Source of the DNA: Eledone cirrhosa
Lineage: Eukaryota
Length of the DNA stretch: 64,000 nt
Assembly (NCBI GenBank): GCA_964016885.1
Contig: OZ024746.1
Coordinates: 22,444,001-22,508,000 of the forward strand
Direction: 5' to 3'
Below, one piece after another: positions 13,455 to 25,818 of this stretch. The notes beneath the pieces are model-generated. The model was not told the origin of the DNA. It searched no databases and was given only the letters and a program-made list of their open reading frames with translations. Position 1 is the stretch's first letter. Each line of letters begins with the position of its first letter. Both the position numbers and the translations under genes were made by a program.

Positions 13455-15095
13455 ATACACTGCCACCACCATCACACTGCCACAGTTACACTGCCACCAC
13501 CATCACACTGCCACCACCATCACACTGCCACCACCATCACACTGCCACAGATACACTGCCACCACCATCACACTGCCACCACCATCACACTGCCACCACC
13601 ATCACACTGCCACAGATACACTGCCACCACCATCACACTGCCACAGTTACACTACCACCACCATCACACTGCCACAGTTACATTGCCTCCACCACAGCTA
13701 GAATAATACTAATACAATATTACAATACCATCACAATACCACTGCCGCCACAACCAGTGCATTTACAATGCCACCGTTTATACTATTACCATGATACTTA
13801 CAAAACTACCACAACCACTACTATTACTACTACTACTACACCACAATTGCATCATCACCACTCCACTGTCACTATACCACTACACTGTCACAATGTCATC
13901 ATCACCACAACCACTACAATAGTTAAAACATTACCACAACACCATCATCACAGTGACAACACCACCACTACACTGTCACCGTGCCATCATCATCACCACG
14001 ATGCCACCACTACAACAGTTAAAACACTACCTCAACACCGTCAGTTACAACACCACCACTGCCACTACACTGTCACTGTGCCATCATCATCACCACGATG
14101 CCACCACTACAACAGTTAAAACACCACCATAACATCATCACAGTGACAACACCACCACTACACTGTCACCGTGCCATCATCATCACCACAATGCCACCAC
14201 TACAACAGTTAAAACACCACCATAACACCGTCACAGTTACAACACTGCCACTACACTGTCACCGTGCCATCATTATCACCACAATGCCACCACTACAACA
14301 GTTAAAACACCACCATAACACCGTCACAGTTACAACACTGCCACTACACTGTCACCGTGCCATCATCATCACCACCACAATGCCACCACTACAACAGTTA
14401 AAACACTACCACAACACCATCACAGTTACAAAACCACCACTAAACTGTCACAGTTACAACACTACCACTACACTGTCACAGTTACAACACTGCCACTACA
14501 CTGTCACCGTGCCATCATTATCACCACGATGCCACCACTACAACAATTAAAACACTACCACAACACCATCACAGTTACAACACCACCACTACACTGTCAC
14601 CGTGCCATCATCACCACCACAATGCCACTACTACAACAGTTAATACAGTACCTCAACACCGTCACAGTGACAACACCACCACTACACTGTCACCGTGCCA
14701 TCATCACCACAATACCACCACTACAACAGTTAAAACACTACCTCAACACCGTCACAGTTACAACACTACCACTACACTGTCACCATGCCATCATCACCAC
14801 TACAACAGTTAAAACACTACCACAACAGCAGCACAGTTACAACACCACCACTGTCACTATCACTACACTGTCACCATGCCATCATCACCACTACAACAGT
14901 TAAAACACTACCACAACACCATCATGACGGCTACAATACCACCACTGCCACCACCACAATATTGTCACCGTGCCATTAGTACCACCACCATCACCACCAC
15001 TACAGCACCACCATCACAGCTGTACCACCACTGTCACTATAGCACAGTTCTGCCACTGTGACATTAATACCACCACCACTACACTCATCACTGTT
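13455..15095. repeat. CAC/ACC-rich compound minisatellite
   Basis: 17-bp unit GCCACCACCATCACACT grading into ~60-65 bp units (CACTACAACAGTTAAAACAC...CACTGTCACCGTGCCATCATC). Confidence 0.9.
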
Positions 15096-15636
15096 ACAAT
15101 AAAATATACTATAGAAGCTGGCTGCTATTGGTTTTATGTCACTTTCTTTCAACTTGTGAGGAGCTCACTTTTTATACATGGCAGTATAGCTTTCTTATTT
15201 CAATAAAGGAACAATTATGTTATTGGAATTTCTTTGTTTAGAGAGAGACATAACTACTTGGAAGATTAGTAGCCTAATATCAACAAAGTTTATGAAATCT
15301 GGCTATATTTCTTTCAGAACAACCCATTAAATAATATATATATATATATATATATATATTACTTTCCTTTAATTATGTATTGTATTCTGGTCTAATTTTA
15401 GTTGAAAATAGTTTGAAAAACAAATTATTACATTTTCTAATTTCATTTTATTACAAAAAGAAAATTGGAATTTTGTAAGCAAAACCAAGTTATTTTGTGA
15501 AAAATAAAACGCCCTAAGCTATTTATAATATTGACTATTAATGTGTAATATAATATTCAGCTTTTAAATTTTAGTCATATTCATTTGGTTTCTAAAATTT
15601 TAATTCTACTCTATTGATTTTAGTCTTGTTATTTCA

Positions 15637-15748
15637 CAAATCCCGCCGAGGTTGACTTTGCCTTTCATCCTTATGGGGTCGATAAAATAAAGTACCAATA
15701 ATGCACTGGGTAATTGCTGGCCTTGTGCCTAAAGTAGAAACAATTATT
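15637..15748 (+). mobile_element. SINE family A, 5'-truncated young copy
   Basis: Near-identical to 2595-2700. Confidence 0.8.
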
Positions 15749-16904
15749 TAAGATACGAATTTCATTGATCTATTATGAATTGCAATGACAGCAGAGAAAG
15801 GATACAAAAAAAAAAACGGTTGCTAGTAATATTAGGGGGCGAACTGGGAGACAGATGACAGCTATAATTTGAAAACCTTTAATTTAGTTTGACACTATAA
15901 CAGCTTTAAACCCTAGCTTATATATAACCCAGTTTGACTTTGACACTGGGAGCAGGAGGCTATAGCATTATTGCCTTGCCTGTTCATCTTTTAAAGGCTA
16001 ACTGGAATGGAAGGGGGTAGTAAGTATCATGACCAGGGACACTGGAGCTGGCTGGTTGATCTACAGATGATGTATGTTTCTATTCACAAATTTGAGGCTT
16101 GGGAAATATTAATTAGGCTCCTTACTAGGTCACTAGAGTTGGTTGGTTTAGCTACATAAGATATATCTTTCAACTCACAAATTTGAGGCTTGGAAATATT
16201 AATAACACTCCTTTAATCATTTAGATACCAAACTGGCTGAAGCAAAGGTTTATATTATAAAGTATTTATATTTATTTTAAAACTTTCCATCAATATACTG
16301 GATCAATTATGCCAATAATATCCATTTTATTCTATCACCCACCCCAAATATAGGTAGCAATTTATGGATGTGATATATTAATTCCAAACAATAGTATTTT
16401 TTTATAATTTCATCTTGAATTAACTCTAAATCCATCTGTAGTTTGTAGAATGTGAGAAAGTTATATTACTGTATCACTCCAAATTCTTGATGTCATTTAT
16501 TTTAAAGACAATATGATTCATAAAACTGACAAACCAAAAGAAATTAACCAGAAAAAAATGTTTTAATGTTTTTCATTTGAAAGCTCCCTTTTTATACTAA
16601 CTGCTCTTGTTTTTACAACAATACACAGCTGCTTATTTCAAAGTATTTGTATTTATCTAGAAACCTATCATAATTTTATATAAGAACCTATGTTACAGTC
16701 CAAAGTTTAATAATGACAAAGAGTTATATAACTAAACCCTTTCAGATTCATTTCAAAATTGGTAAACAAGAAATTGTTTTTCTTTTAAACCTAAACAAAT
16801 TTCTACTGAGATATAAAACTGCATTTAGGCAGGGATGGAGGGGACTACAGCCCTGGGAATCCCTTGTCAAACAGGGCTCTATGTTCATCACCCCAAATGT
16901 AGAG

Positions 16905-17215
16905 CAGCAGAGAAAGATAGAGTAAAAATGAGAATGGTAAGGTGGATGAGTGGAGTATTTCTCAGAGAGAGGATAACAAACAGTGAATTGTAGAGGTTGA
17001 GGAATAGAACCAGTGATGGATGTTCTGAAGAGAAATGGAATGAGATGGTTGGGTCATGTGTTGAGGAAGGATGAAAGTGACTGGGTGAGAGGAGCAATGG
17101 AGAGAGGTAGAAAAAGGGGAAGACTAAAAAGTACATGATTGGGGATGATGGTAGAGAAAGTGAAAGCCAGATTATTATGGAGGGAGAATGCAGTTAATAT
17201 GGCAAAGTGTAGAAG
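16905..17215 (+). mobile_element. Degraded RTE LINE C-terminal fragment
   Basis: Residual MRMVRWMSGVFLRERITNSEL and RWLGHVLRK-like segments across frameshifts. Confidence 0.6.
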
Positions 17216-17959
17216 CTTGTCATGGGGCCTGCAAGGTCAACTATTAGTGGGGAAAATGGCCTTAAAGTGTTTGTTATATGAAGGCCTCACTAAACCGGAA
17301 CTGCTCTGGGCCCCTCAAGGTCTAAATATGGCCCTGCATTTAGATATGTAGTAATTTAACATTTGTATGGTGGACATTAAAGCATATATTTACATTTTAG
17401 CAGAAGACATAGCTGATTATTTACAGTAAAAAAACAAAACTACATTAACTTCACCAGTCATTCATGTTTCGACTGTAAATTGAACTGTATGTAATAATTA
17501 AATACAATTATTTGATTAAATTGAACTATTGAACGGAATACATACCAGTTTTCTAGCAAAATGTTACTAATAATAACTATGACAATATTGATTGTTATTG
17601 TGACTGTTTAAATTATTTTTGGATTTCCTCTTGAAATAAACAATTGCTTTAAATATCCTTCCCATTTAACATTGTTATATATATAAAGGCCAAGTTTGAA
17701 TCCTGTTATTCTGGAGTTTCTCCTGTGTACTTGACAATCTTGTGACTACATAGAAATTATTTACATAGAATATATTTACTAAGGTATTGAGTACTCATTC
17801 CTGTGACCTTTAATACTCATGTATAATGTCTCTTTCTCTATATATATAAGATCTTGCATGTGGAAATGCAAATGCACAAACTAAGCCTGCAGTATTAGAA
17901 ACCAATGTAGCAACAAAACCATGTTGAAGATAACTATACATTTATATATTTGTGTGTAG

Positions 17960-18015
<56 letters not shown>

Positions 18016-18779
18016 CCATCTATTGTTATCACTACTTTGTAAATATAGCAAAACAATCTTTGATGCTTATTTGTAAACATCAAGGTTTTTATTGGTTTCC
18101 TGAAGCTTAGAGAAATAAAACTGAAAGATTTGATATGAAAGCACTCTGATTCTATGGCACAAAACCATCCATTTTAAAGGGTCTCTATTTAAATTAAAAT
18201 CTTCCAAGATAATTTTATATAGGAACCTTTTGTTATGTTAGAAATACCATCTTAACATTTTTTATGTCAATCCACTCGAAACCGGCTTTGGTTCTGTGAA
18301 ACAAAAACTACCCATTTTAAAGGGTTTATATCTAAATTTAAAGTAAAAAGTCAAGGTGTGTGGCTTAGTGGTTAGAGAATTGGATTCGTAATCGTGAAGC
18401 TGCAAGTTCGATTCCTTGGTCCGATTTAACAAGCTCCACTCCACACTGTAAGTGATTGTGTTCTAGGGCCTTGTCGATGGATTCTTAAGATATCTAAATT
18501 AAAATCATAAGAATTTTTAGTAATATAACCGATTTTCTTACTAGTAATATAACTAACACATGATTATTTTCAAAGCTATTTGAACATCACAGGTAGTGTA
18601 TTGCATTAAAAAAATAGTAATGAAAAGGTTAAATTCATCTATGAAAACACGTGTTTTTGGCCAAGGCAAACACTTACCTCATTGCTTTAACAACATATAA
18701 ACAAACACTTCTACTTCCATAAGACCCTGCTCATGATAAAGTACCAACACCAAAGCAAGTTGTATTAACATTTTAGACT

Positions 18780-18818
<39 letters not shown>

Positions 18819-18840
18819 TAGTCTAAAATGTTAATACATA

Positions 18841-18918
18841 TAGGATGTCCCTAAAAATGTATACATACTTCAACAGCATTCTAATCAAAATGTGTATATA
18901 TTTTTGGGGGACACCCTG
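18841..18918. mobile_element. ~80-bp Tc1/mariner-type MITE
   Basis: TA-flanked; TIRs TAGGATGTCCC..AAAAATGTATACA / TGTATATATTTTTGGGGGACACCCTG; second copy at 63230-63315. Confidence 0.65.
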
Positions 18919-20061
18919 TATATATATATATTCTCATAACATTATGTAACTGTCTATAAATAGCGATTTCAGTTTTATAGATTGTGTTGTCATGGTTTAT
19001 AAATGAACGGCTCTCTCAGAATTAGGATTCTATTAAACTGTCATTCTCTGTATATTTTGTAATTAAGCTCTTGAAAAAAAAACGTCACCATCTCCTCCAC
19101 TGAAACAACCTTTATTCCTTTACTAGTTTCATTCATTAGACTACGGCCATGCTGGGGCTAGTTCTTATTTTATCGATCTCTTTATTTTATAGAACTACTA
19201 ATTTATGGGACAAAGATGCAAACACACACACATATAGCTATATATATGCAGTATATATATATATATATCGTCGACTTCCCATGGCCACAGGCTGAAGCTG
19301 TAGCATATATTAAATATATAGTATGCACCTACATGACCACTTTACAGCCTGGGCTGGAGGCGTCACTGGATGTATACCAAAATCCAGTCACAAGGCACTG
19401 GTCAACCCAAGGTTATAGTAGAAAATACTTGACCAAAGTGACACCCAGTTCAACTGAACTCGAAACTGTGGTTTTATAGCAAACCACTTAACTTCAGCCA
19501 TACCTTTGCCTATGACTATTTAAGTATTCTATAAGTATTTAAATATTTTCAATAAATTGAGAAATCCCAAAACAGAACTATGTAAAATCAGTATCTCTGT
19601 AATTCAAATAGAAATAAAAACCAAACGAAATGGAGGAAAAAAAGAACAAATGTAAAATTTGATAAAATGTAAATTTTTTTTATTTGTTGAAATGTGAGAG
19701 TGAAAGATCTTTGACACTAACTGAGATCTTAGGCTCATACTGTCTTCTCTTTCTCTCTCTACTTTAAATGGCTTTTATTCTGTGGTATTTGACAATGTCA
19801 CATGAAAAAAAAATGTGTATGAAAATAGTGTTTGGTTAAACATCCACCTGGGTATGTGTAATTGAGGTCAAGGTTTTGTAGCTAAATAATTTATTTTTAT
19901 TTCGGAGTCTTGTTTTCCTATGTCTAGAATAAGAAGAGAAATACAATGAAATTTGTTGCACTTTTGTTTTATGTAGTTACAAGTAGACAGGACTTAGCTT
20001 GTAATAAAATATTTAACCCTTTCTTTATCTATGCTGAACCCACCATGTTGCCCAGGTGTCT

Positions 20062-20560
20062 TTACACTACCCTCCAAAGCTCTCTATCGATCATCAGCAT
20101 TCTGAACTCCCCTACACTATCCACTCCAGTATCAATGTAATTTCTTTTCCTACTACCCCTGTTTGTGTATCTATATGATGATTCCCACCTAATGAAATCA
20201 CTTGCTATCTTCCCATGGTGATGAACACAGTGACCTGTAAATTCCATTCTGCTCTGCCTTATCTTTTCCATTACCATGGAAGCTGCTGATACAATTTGCT
20301 ACTGGTGAGTTTCTGTTTCCATGAAACATTAAGTGCCATATGCAACATTCTTGTAAAGCAGCCATTTATGCTCCATACTTCTTATCCATACAAGAGAACA
20401 GATTCTACTATTGCAATTAAAAGCATTTCTTTAAGCCTTCTGTTCATCTATGATGTCCATATTCTCTTCAAATTGTGGAACACTGCCCAAGTAAACACCT
20501 TTCTCACCTGAAAATCTTTTTCACAGCTTTTTCTCTATCCAAGCACCTAGATATTTGAAG
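20062..20560 (-). mobile_element. Degraded RTE LINE C-terminal fragment
   Basis: Minus strand yields IRQSRMEFTGHC..IRWE..RGSRKRNYIDTG..MIDRELWR, with upstream ESVLLYG and FKYLG-like segments. Confidence 0.7.
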
Positions 20561-21452
20561 TTGATGTAATCTCTCTTAGATGTTATGCCAAGAGGTCTAT
20601 AGATGTAACTTTGCACTTTGTTGCCGTATTTCTCTGGAAAGACATTGTTTGCAATTTTGAAATAATTTTTCTAATAAAGATAGAGCTTTGTAGAATAGCA
20701 AAGGTGCAGTGGTTAGGGTGTTGGACTCGTGTACATAAAATTATAGCTTCAATTACTAGACAGGGTGGTACATTGTGTTCTTAAGCAAAACATTTCATTT
20801 CATGTAGCTTTTCATGATAGAACTGAAGTTCCTATCATTAAAATACCAACTGCTTAGGAGGCCTGTAAAACCTGTATAGATGTGAGCTGTAAATTAATTT
20901 TTTTTTTTCTTTGTATAGGAGAACCAGGGTTTGTTTGGTTTCAATGGTTAAAACAAATTGATTAAAACAATAGCTTTCTATATTTCAAGCTCTGAAAATG
21001 GTAATTGTTATGGTATAAATCTGCTAAAGATGTGCATTTGTTTATAAACAACTTCACCATCATTTTACAACTGCTTTTCCATGTTGGATGGGACTGATGT
21101 AGTGTTATATGGTTAGATGTCCTTCTTGATTCCAACCATTTTAGTCACTTTGACTGGCGTGCAGTGCTACATTGACATCTTAGTCTGCATTTCCATTGGC
21201 TGGATATATTTCCTGATGCCAACCCTTTTAATTTACCCCACCCCCTTACAGCATCCAGAGCTACAGAGTATCATCCTCATTGTTATCATAAGGGCTGCAC
21301 GAATCATCACAGACCATGACAGTACTTAAACAGAGCTACCTATTCTACAAATCGAGACACTTTTAAATTATTTTACATCTCATGTTAATGTTACAGAAGA
21401 GGTTGAAGTGTGTGTATGTATATATGTGTGTGTGTGTGTGTATATATCTATA

Positions 21453-21491
<39 letters not shown>

Positions 21492-21861
21492 TACAGATTA
21501 AAGATTAAGCAAAGAATTCTACTTTCACCCTATGCGGGATCTTCTTTTGGCCTTTTTATTTATTATTACTTTATATATATATATATATATATATATAATG
21601 TTCTGTTTGTGTCACTATCATTACTGTAACATGTTTTAGCAAGCCACCACCTTAGAACATAAAGGAATCTATAAATCATTATTTCTTAACTCTCTGTTGT
21701 AAAACAACGCTAAACTTTTATTGCTGTCAAGAAATATTGATTACATGCACACAAGCACACACACATTTTGGGAGACTGTATAATTGTTTCAGCTCACACT
21801 TGTGTATAGGTTCAGCTGGACTCTTTTGAGGTTGCATCTCATGGGTTTCTTGGCTGTTTAA

Positions 21862-22066
21862 CCCTTTAGCATTTAAACCAGCTGTATCCGGCCGGAATTC
21901 TCTCACCTCTTTCTGTTAAAACCGGCCATAACCAGACACAGATACTGACATTAAGGTATTGTTCTCAAAATAAATAACATCATCAAAATCTCATAGATTC
22001 CATATTATGTGAGATAAAGCCTTTACCATGAAAAAATAATTGTAGAATAATGTAAATGCTAAAGTG
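21862..22066. mobile_element. piggyBac-type MITE
   Basis: TTAA|CCCTTTAGCATTTA ... TAAATGCTAAAGTG|TTAA; homologous copy at 62676-62863. Confidence 0.8.
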
Positions 22067-22249
22067 TTAATGTTAGGGGCCCCAGTCATATTATATAGGT
22101 GCTTATATTGAAACCACTAGTATGTGACTGGTACTTTATTGATTCTGAAACGTTGAAAGACAGTTATGTCTTCTGTGGTATGGAATGTAAGGAGATACAT
22201 CTAAATATATTACAGGGTATTTTGTTGGACACTTTACTGATTCTGTATA

Positions 22250-23155
22250 CAACAGGTACTAATGTATGACTATATATACTACTACAAATATATGGCTATA
22301 TACAACAGCTACTAATATATGACTATATACAACAGCTACTAATAAATGACTACATATAACAGCTACTAATGTATTTTTCTAGGGAGGGTAAAATTCCCGA
22401 GATCCATGGACGAGTTCTCTCCAGCGGTCTCTGTCCCTCATTATCGCTGCCATGTCCTGCGTCTCCAACAGACCAGTGTCTGTCCTTAGGGCATCAACAT
22501 ACGTTAACCTTGGTCTTCCTCTTCCAGTGTGTCCATGTAGGGGCTCCCACAGGAGCACTGAGTGCAATGTCAACTGTGGATGTCGGTGAGCATGTCCAGC
22601 TAACCTCAGTCTCCTCTGTTACTTTTGAGCTGACTTTTGGGAGGCTCCCATACAGCTCTGAGTTTTTCATCCTCAGTGTATACTGATTAATCTTCAGAGC
22701 CATCCTCAGCATTCTCGTGTAGCACCCATCCACCATCTGAGTGAGTTTCTTGGTCAGTGTCCAAGTCTCAGACCTGTACAGCAGCACAGATTCCACATAA
22801 ACAGCTACCAATGTATGACTACATACATTTACCAATGTATGACTACATACAACAGCTACCAATGTATGGCTGTATTCAGTAGGTACTAATGTTAGACTAT
22901 ATACCACAACTACCAGTGTATAATTATATGGATCAACAGGTACTAATGCATTACTATGTACAACTACTACCAGTGTTAGACTATATACAACAAGTACTAA
23001 TGTATGACTATATACAACAAGTACTAATGTATGACTATATACAACAAGTACTAATGTATGACTATATACAAGTACTAATGTATGACTATATACAACAAAT
23101 ACTAATGTATGACTATATACAACAAGTACTAATGTATGACTATATACAACTACTA
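22250..23155. repeat. 27-bp minisatellite (TACTAATGTATGACTATATACAACAAG)n interrupted by a LINE
   Basis: Units at 22250-22375 and 22800-23155, on both sides of the RTE insertion. Confidence 0.9.
22378..22800 (-). mobile_element. 5'-truncated RTE-type LINE (second family)
   Basis: VESVLLYRSETWTLTKKLTQMVDGCYTRMLR...LRLAGHAHRH..LLWEPLHGHTGRGRPRLTYVDALR..DRDRWR: RTE post-RT C-terminus with one frameshift. Confidence 0.9.
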
Positions 23156-24788
23156 TCAATGTGCTACATCATGGTTTTAAAGTCTTTGTTCTAACTATAG
23201 TTTAATGATTTTGCAGTTTTACTAAGCAACCTTTGGCCACTCTGCTATTACTGCAGATACTGCTGCTACTACTACTACTACTTTAAGACATGACAATTTG
23301 TTTTTGATTGATTTTGTTTGTGTGGAGTTTATCTTTTGATAGTGTGTGTCTGATCTGTTTTAACATAGTATCTATATGTACACACACATTTAATCACAAA
23401 CACATCCACACACACATCCCCACACACATATGCACACATTCAATCACACCAATGCATGCACACACACATCCACAGGCACATATCTGCACACACTTATCTG
23501 CACACACATCTGCACACACATATCCGCGCACACACTCACACATATCTACGCACACACACATATCCGCACACACACATATCAGCGCGCACACATATCAGCG
23601 CGCGCACACATCCGCGCTCACACATATCCGCACACCCAATCACACCAACACATGCACACACCCAATCACACACATATCTACACATTCAATCACACCAACG
23701 CATGCACACACACACACACACACATGGGTAAGATTGATTGCCATAAATACATTAGACACTGATAATTTCTTACATAGACACAAGTCCAGAAATTTGGAGG
23801 TTGGCGTTGTTGCTAAATTAAATAATTAACCTCTGTATTTAACTTTATTTTATCAACTAACTCCTGAAAGGATGAAAACCAAAATTAACTTCTGGGATTT
23901 GAACACAGAACATAAACAGCTGTAATTAAAGACCATAAGGCATTTTGTGTAATGCTCTAATGATTCTGGCAATCTAATTCATAAGCTATGGAAGCAAGGT
24001 ACAGCAGCTTTTGAATAGAGGAACCATTATACTGATCATAGTGTTTTGGTTGATCAATATGCTGCTTAGTAAACATGGGTCTGTGCTGAGGGTGCTGCTG
24101 TACTCTGTCAACCAATTGGAGGAGTCAGTCTAATCAGGCGGTGATATAAGTTTGTAGGTGTTTTGGGCCCCTTCCTCCATAACACCAGAGCTACTTGGGG
24201 CCACCCACTGATGTAGTTGATGAACTCTTGCACAACTTCCTAATTCCTCAGCTGCTACGACAAAATGGAGAATCTTGTCATGGGGCCTGCAAGGTTTTAG
24301 CCAGGAATATGGCATTAAAGTATTTGTTGATGAATTGAGGAAACCATTGACTATTTGATCCTGTGAAGGTGTGTGGCCTAGTGATTAGGGAGTTGGACTG
24401 ATGGTTATAGGTTTGATTCGTGAACCAGGCATTGTGCTTTTTGAGTAAAATGCTTCATTTCACATTGGTTTTTATGATAGGACTGGGGCCCCATTATTAA
24501 AACACTCAAGAGATCAGCTAAACCTGCATATGTGTGACCTGTAAATTTCATTTTTTTTTTCTCTTTGATCATTTGGATCTTAAAATTAACACATATGTAA
24601 ATATTATCTCTAGAACATTCTTTTGCTTGTGTCACACATTGAACTGTGGCTATGCTGGGATACTGACTTCGGTGGATTGGATACTGAGTTCACATAGATT
24701 GGCGTTCGTATTTTATCGGTCTTTTTGTTATGGGGCATAAACTGCATCAGTGTTGAAGTAAACAAAAGTCAGGAACACACACACCCAC

Positions 24789-24844
<56 letters not shown>

Positions 24845-24859
24845 ATTACACATACAAAA

Positions 24860-25012
24860 CAGGATCCCGCACAGTTTGTGTCTACCAAATTCCACTCACA
24901 AGGCATTGTTCAATGCGAGGGTATACATTAGAAGACACTTGCCCAAGATACCATGCAGTGGGATTGAACATGAAATAGCTTGGATGTGAAGCCAACTTAA
25001 CTACACAGCCAT
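24860..25012 (-). mobile_element. tRNA-derived SINE family C (representative; related copies ~19370-19510, 30055-30190, 32455-32615, 33815-33950, 41345-41460, 56265-56415)
   Basis: Minus strand GGCTGTGTAGTTAAG..GTTCAATCCCACTGCATGGTATCTTGGGCAAGTGTCTTCT..CCTTGTGAGTGGAATTTGGTAGAC recurs at the listed sites. Confidence 0.7.
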
Positions 25013-25818
25013 TAAATGCTGCAATAATGAATCTTCCAAGTTAATTACAAAAGCATCATAGCTAATATTGGTTTTCCTCTCAGTTGTGGAAGTGTGGAGT
25101 AACAGCAATATTATGCATGACTAACAATAGTTTCTTTGTCCTGAAATATATTGTACAACATAGAGCTGCATCCTTCTAATTAATGTAGGTTCTTTGTCAT
25201 ATTGTACAGATAGGGCTACTTCCCTGTAATATTATACAGATGATCTAAATTTAGCTAATTTTATTGTCATGATATATATTGTACAATTAGGGCTGTTTCT
25301 TGCTGATATTAATATAGGTTCTTTATTATTAAATATTATTGCATGGATAGGGATGTTTCCCTCTGATACTCCTATAGATAGACTAATTTATTCCGATTTT
25401 GTTGCTTTAGCTCAGTTGATTGTGTGTTCTCATGGCATTGATTGCAGTTTATAGTATATAGAACTCTTGTGGCAAAGCCTGTTTCTAGTTTCCCTGCAAG
25501 AAAGACTGTATTTATAAAATTCATTAAATACAAACAGGAGTAATAGTGGTGGTGGGAATAGTTCAACATTGTTTCACCATCTACTTAATTTTTAATTTTT
25601 ATTGTTTAGTTAGGGAGAAAAGGATGCCCATGGCCTGTTTTTAAGGCTTCTAAGACTGGTGGGAGGGTTGAAGATATCCTCAAACTGGAAACCTAATAGG
25701 AATGATGGCAACAGATTGAACACTCTGCTAAAGTCACTCGAAGGTGGTACTAAACTGAGCAATGGATTACAACTACTATTTGAGTAAGCTACAGCAGGAT
25801 TTGATTTCAGCACACACA

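Noticed and set aside
13391-15206. His/Thr/Pro-rich ORFs suggesting a mucin or His-rich beak protein
   Set aside because: Repeat units shift frame, all frames give similar short ORFs, and I saw no signal peptide or splice structure.
18357-18430. tRNA-like sequences (also 24366, 38795, 44280-44353, 53075)
   Set aside because: A/B boxes present but no complete cloverleaf; they continue into SINE bodies.
22494-23159. 221-aa ORF fusing VVYSHTL repeats to an RT-like segment
   Set aside because: Chance read-through from a 27-bp minisatellite into an inserted LINE fragment.
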